NCBI GenBank assembly: GCA_042571445.1
Contig: JBHPFT010000002.1
Span: forward strand, 1 to 32,745
Length of the DNA: 32,745 bases
DNA from: Patescibacteria group bacterium
GTDB taxonomy: Bacteria > Patescibacteriota > WWE3 > UBA101185 > UBA10185
Reading direction: 5' to 3'
In this document: in pieces, positions 32,596-32,745 of the stretch
Layout: each line of letters opens with the position of its first letter
Position numbering within the stretch: the first letter of the stretch is position 1
Program-made: the position numbers and the translations under genes
The notes under the pieces: generated by a model
What the model saw: only the letters and a program-made list of their open reading frames with translations
Told to the model about the DNA's origin: nothing
Database searches by the model: none

Positions 32596-32637
32596 AACCG
32601 GGGTTGAAACTTCTTTTCGCCCCGGGTTTTTTTATTC
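32596..32637 (+). terminator. Rho-independent terminator
   Basis: CCGGGG (32598-32603) / CCCCGG (32620-32625), a GC stem, followed by TTTTTTT. Confidence 0.7.
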
Positions 32638-32654
32638 TGATATACTTTTATCAT

Positions 32655-32745
32655 ATGCCAAAGGTATCTACTGATAAAAAATTAATAGAAAAATTTCTAA
32701 CACGTGGCGTAGAAAATGTGTATCCATCAGAAGATGTACTCAGAA
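32655..32745 (+). CDS. Partial CDS (N-terminal 30 codons), possibly tyrosine--tRNA ligase
   Basis: MPKVSTDKKLIEKFLTRGVENVYPSEDVLR resembles the ...RGV.E.I..EEL..KL N-termini of short-type TyrRS. TGaTATACT lies 8 nt upstream. Too short to be sure. Confidence 0.35.
   Translation, partial: MPKVSTDKKLIEKFLTRGVENVYPSEDVLR

Noticed and set aside
1-32745. CRISPR arrays, transposases/integrases, prophage, or a tRNA-associated genomic island
   Set aside because: I saw no regularly spaced direct repeats, no recombinase or transposase motifs, and no att-like duplication of tRNA 3' ends. The genes next to the tRNAs are housekeeping or small hypotheticals packed with 0-7-nt spacers.
1-32745. Alternative genetic code (e.g. 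UGA recoded, as in some CPR lineages)
   Set aside because: TGA terminates well-defined genes at the expected protein ends (for example the SDR at 7269-7271 and ORF 3898-4107). Long conserved proteins read through without in-frame TGA, so the standard code fits.

Overview
AT-rich (hand counts about 35-42% GC), very tightly packed bacterial chromosomal segment using the standard genetic code (TGA, TAA and TAG all act as stops). Content is mostly housekeeping: trxB, tig-clpP, truB, thrS-infC-rpmI-rplT, pheST, a class A PBP, a P-type ATPase, an ABC exporter, an MFS transporter, GT-C glycosyltransferases and six dispersed tRNA genes. Several core proteins are domain-reduced: trigger factor lacks the PPIase domain, PheT lacks the OB tRNA-binding domain, and ThrRS lacks the TGS domain. 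Together with the small hypothetical membrane proteins, this suggests (inference only) a reduced-genome lineage such as CPR/Patescibacteria. I found no transposase, integrase, CRISPR array, rRNA or recognisable defence genes. Points worth a second look: (1) an orphan ~280-nt GC-punctuated RNA locus at 3160-3475 with its own promoter and intrinsic terminator, which I could not assign to any RNA class; it is divergent from (2) an operon of four tiny membrane proteins, one of them a Cys-rich 51-aa microprotein absent from the ORF track. (3) A recurring architecture in which -10-like hexamers lie 6-8 nt upstream of start codons, implying leaderless mRNAs for housekeeping genes, while many small hypothetical genes have long leaders with strong SD sequences. 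(4) tRNA-punctuated coding, with an ATG 6-7 nt after the encoded CCA three times. (5) A stand-alone divergent ClpP paralog cassette. (6) A P-type ATPase with DKTRT instead of DKTGT. (7) An unclassified overlapping two-gene cassette at 31980-32581. All functional calls come from motif recognition by eye. No database search was run.
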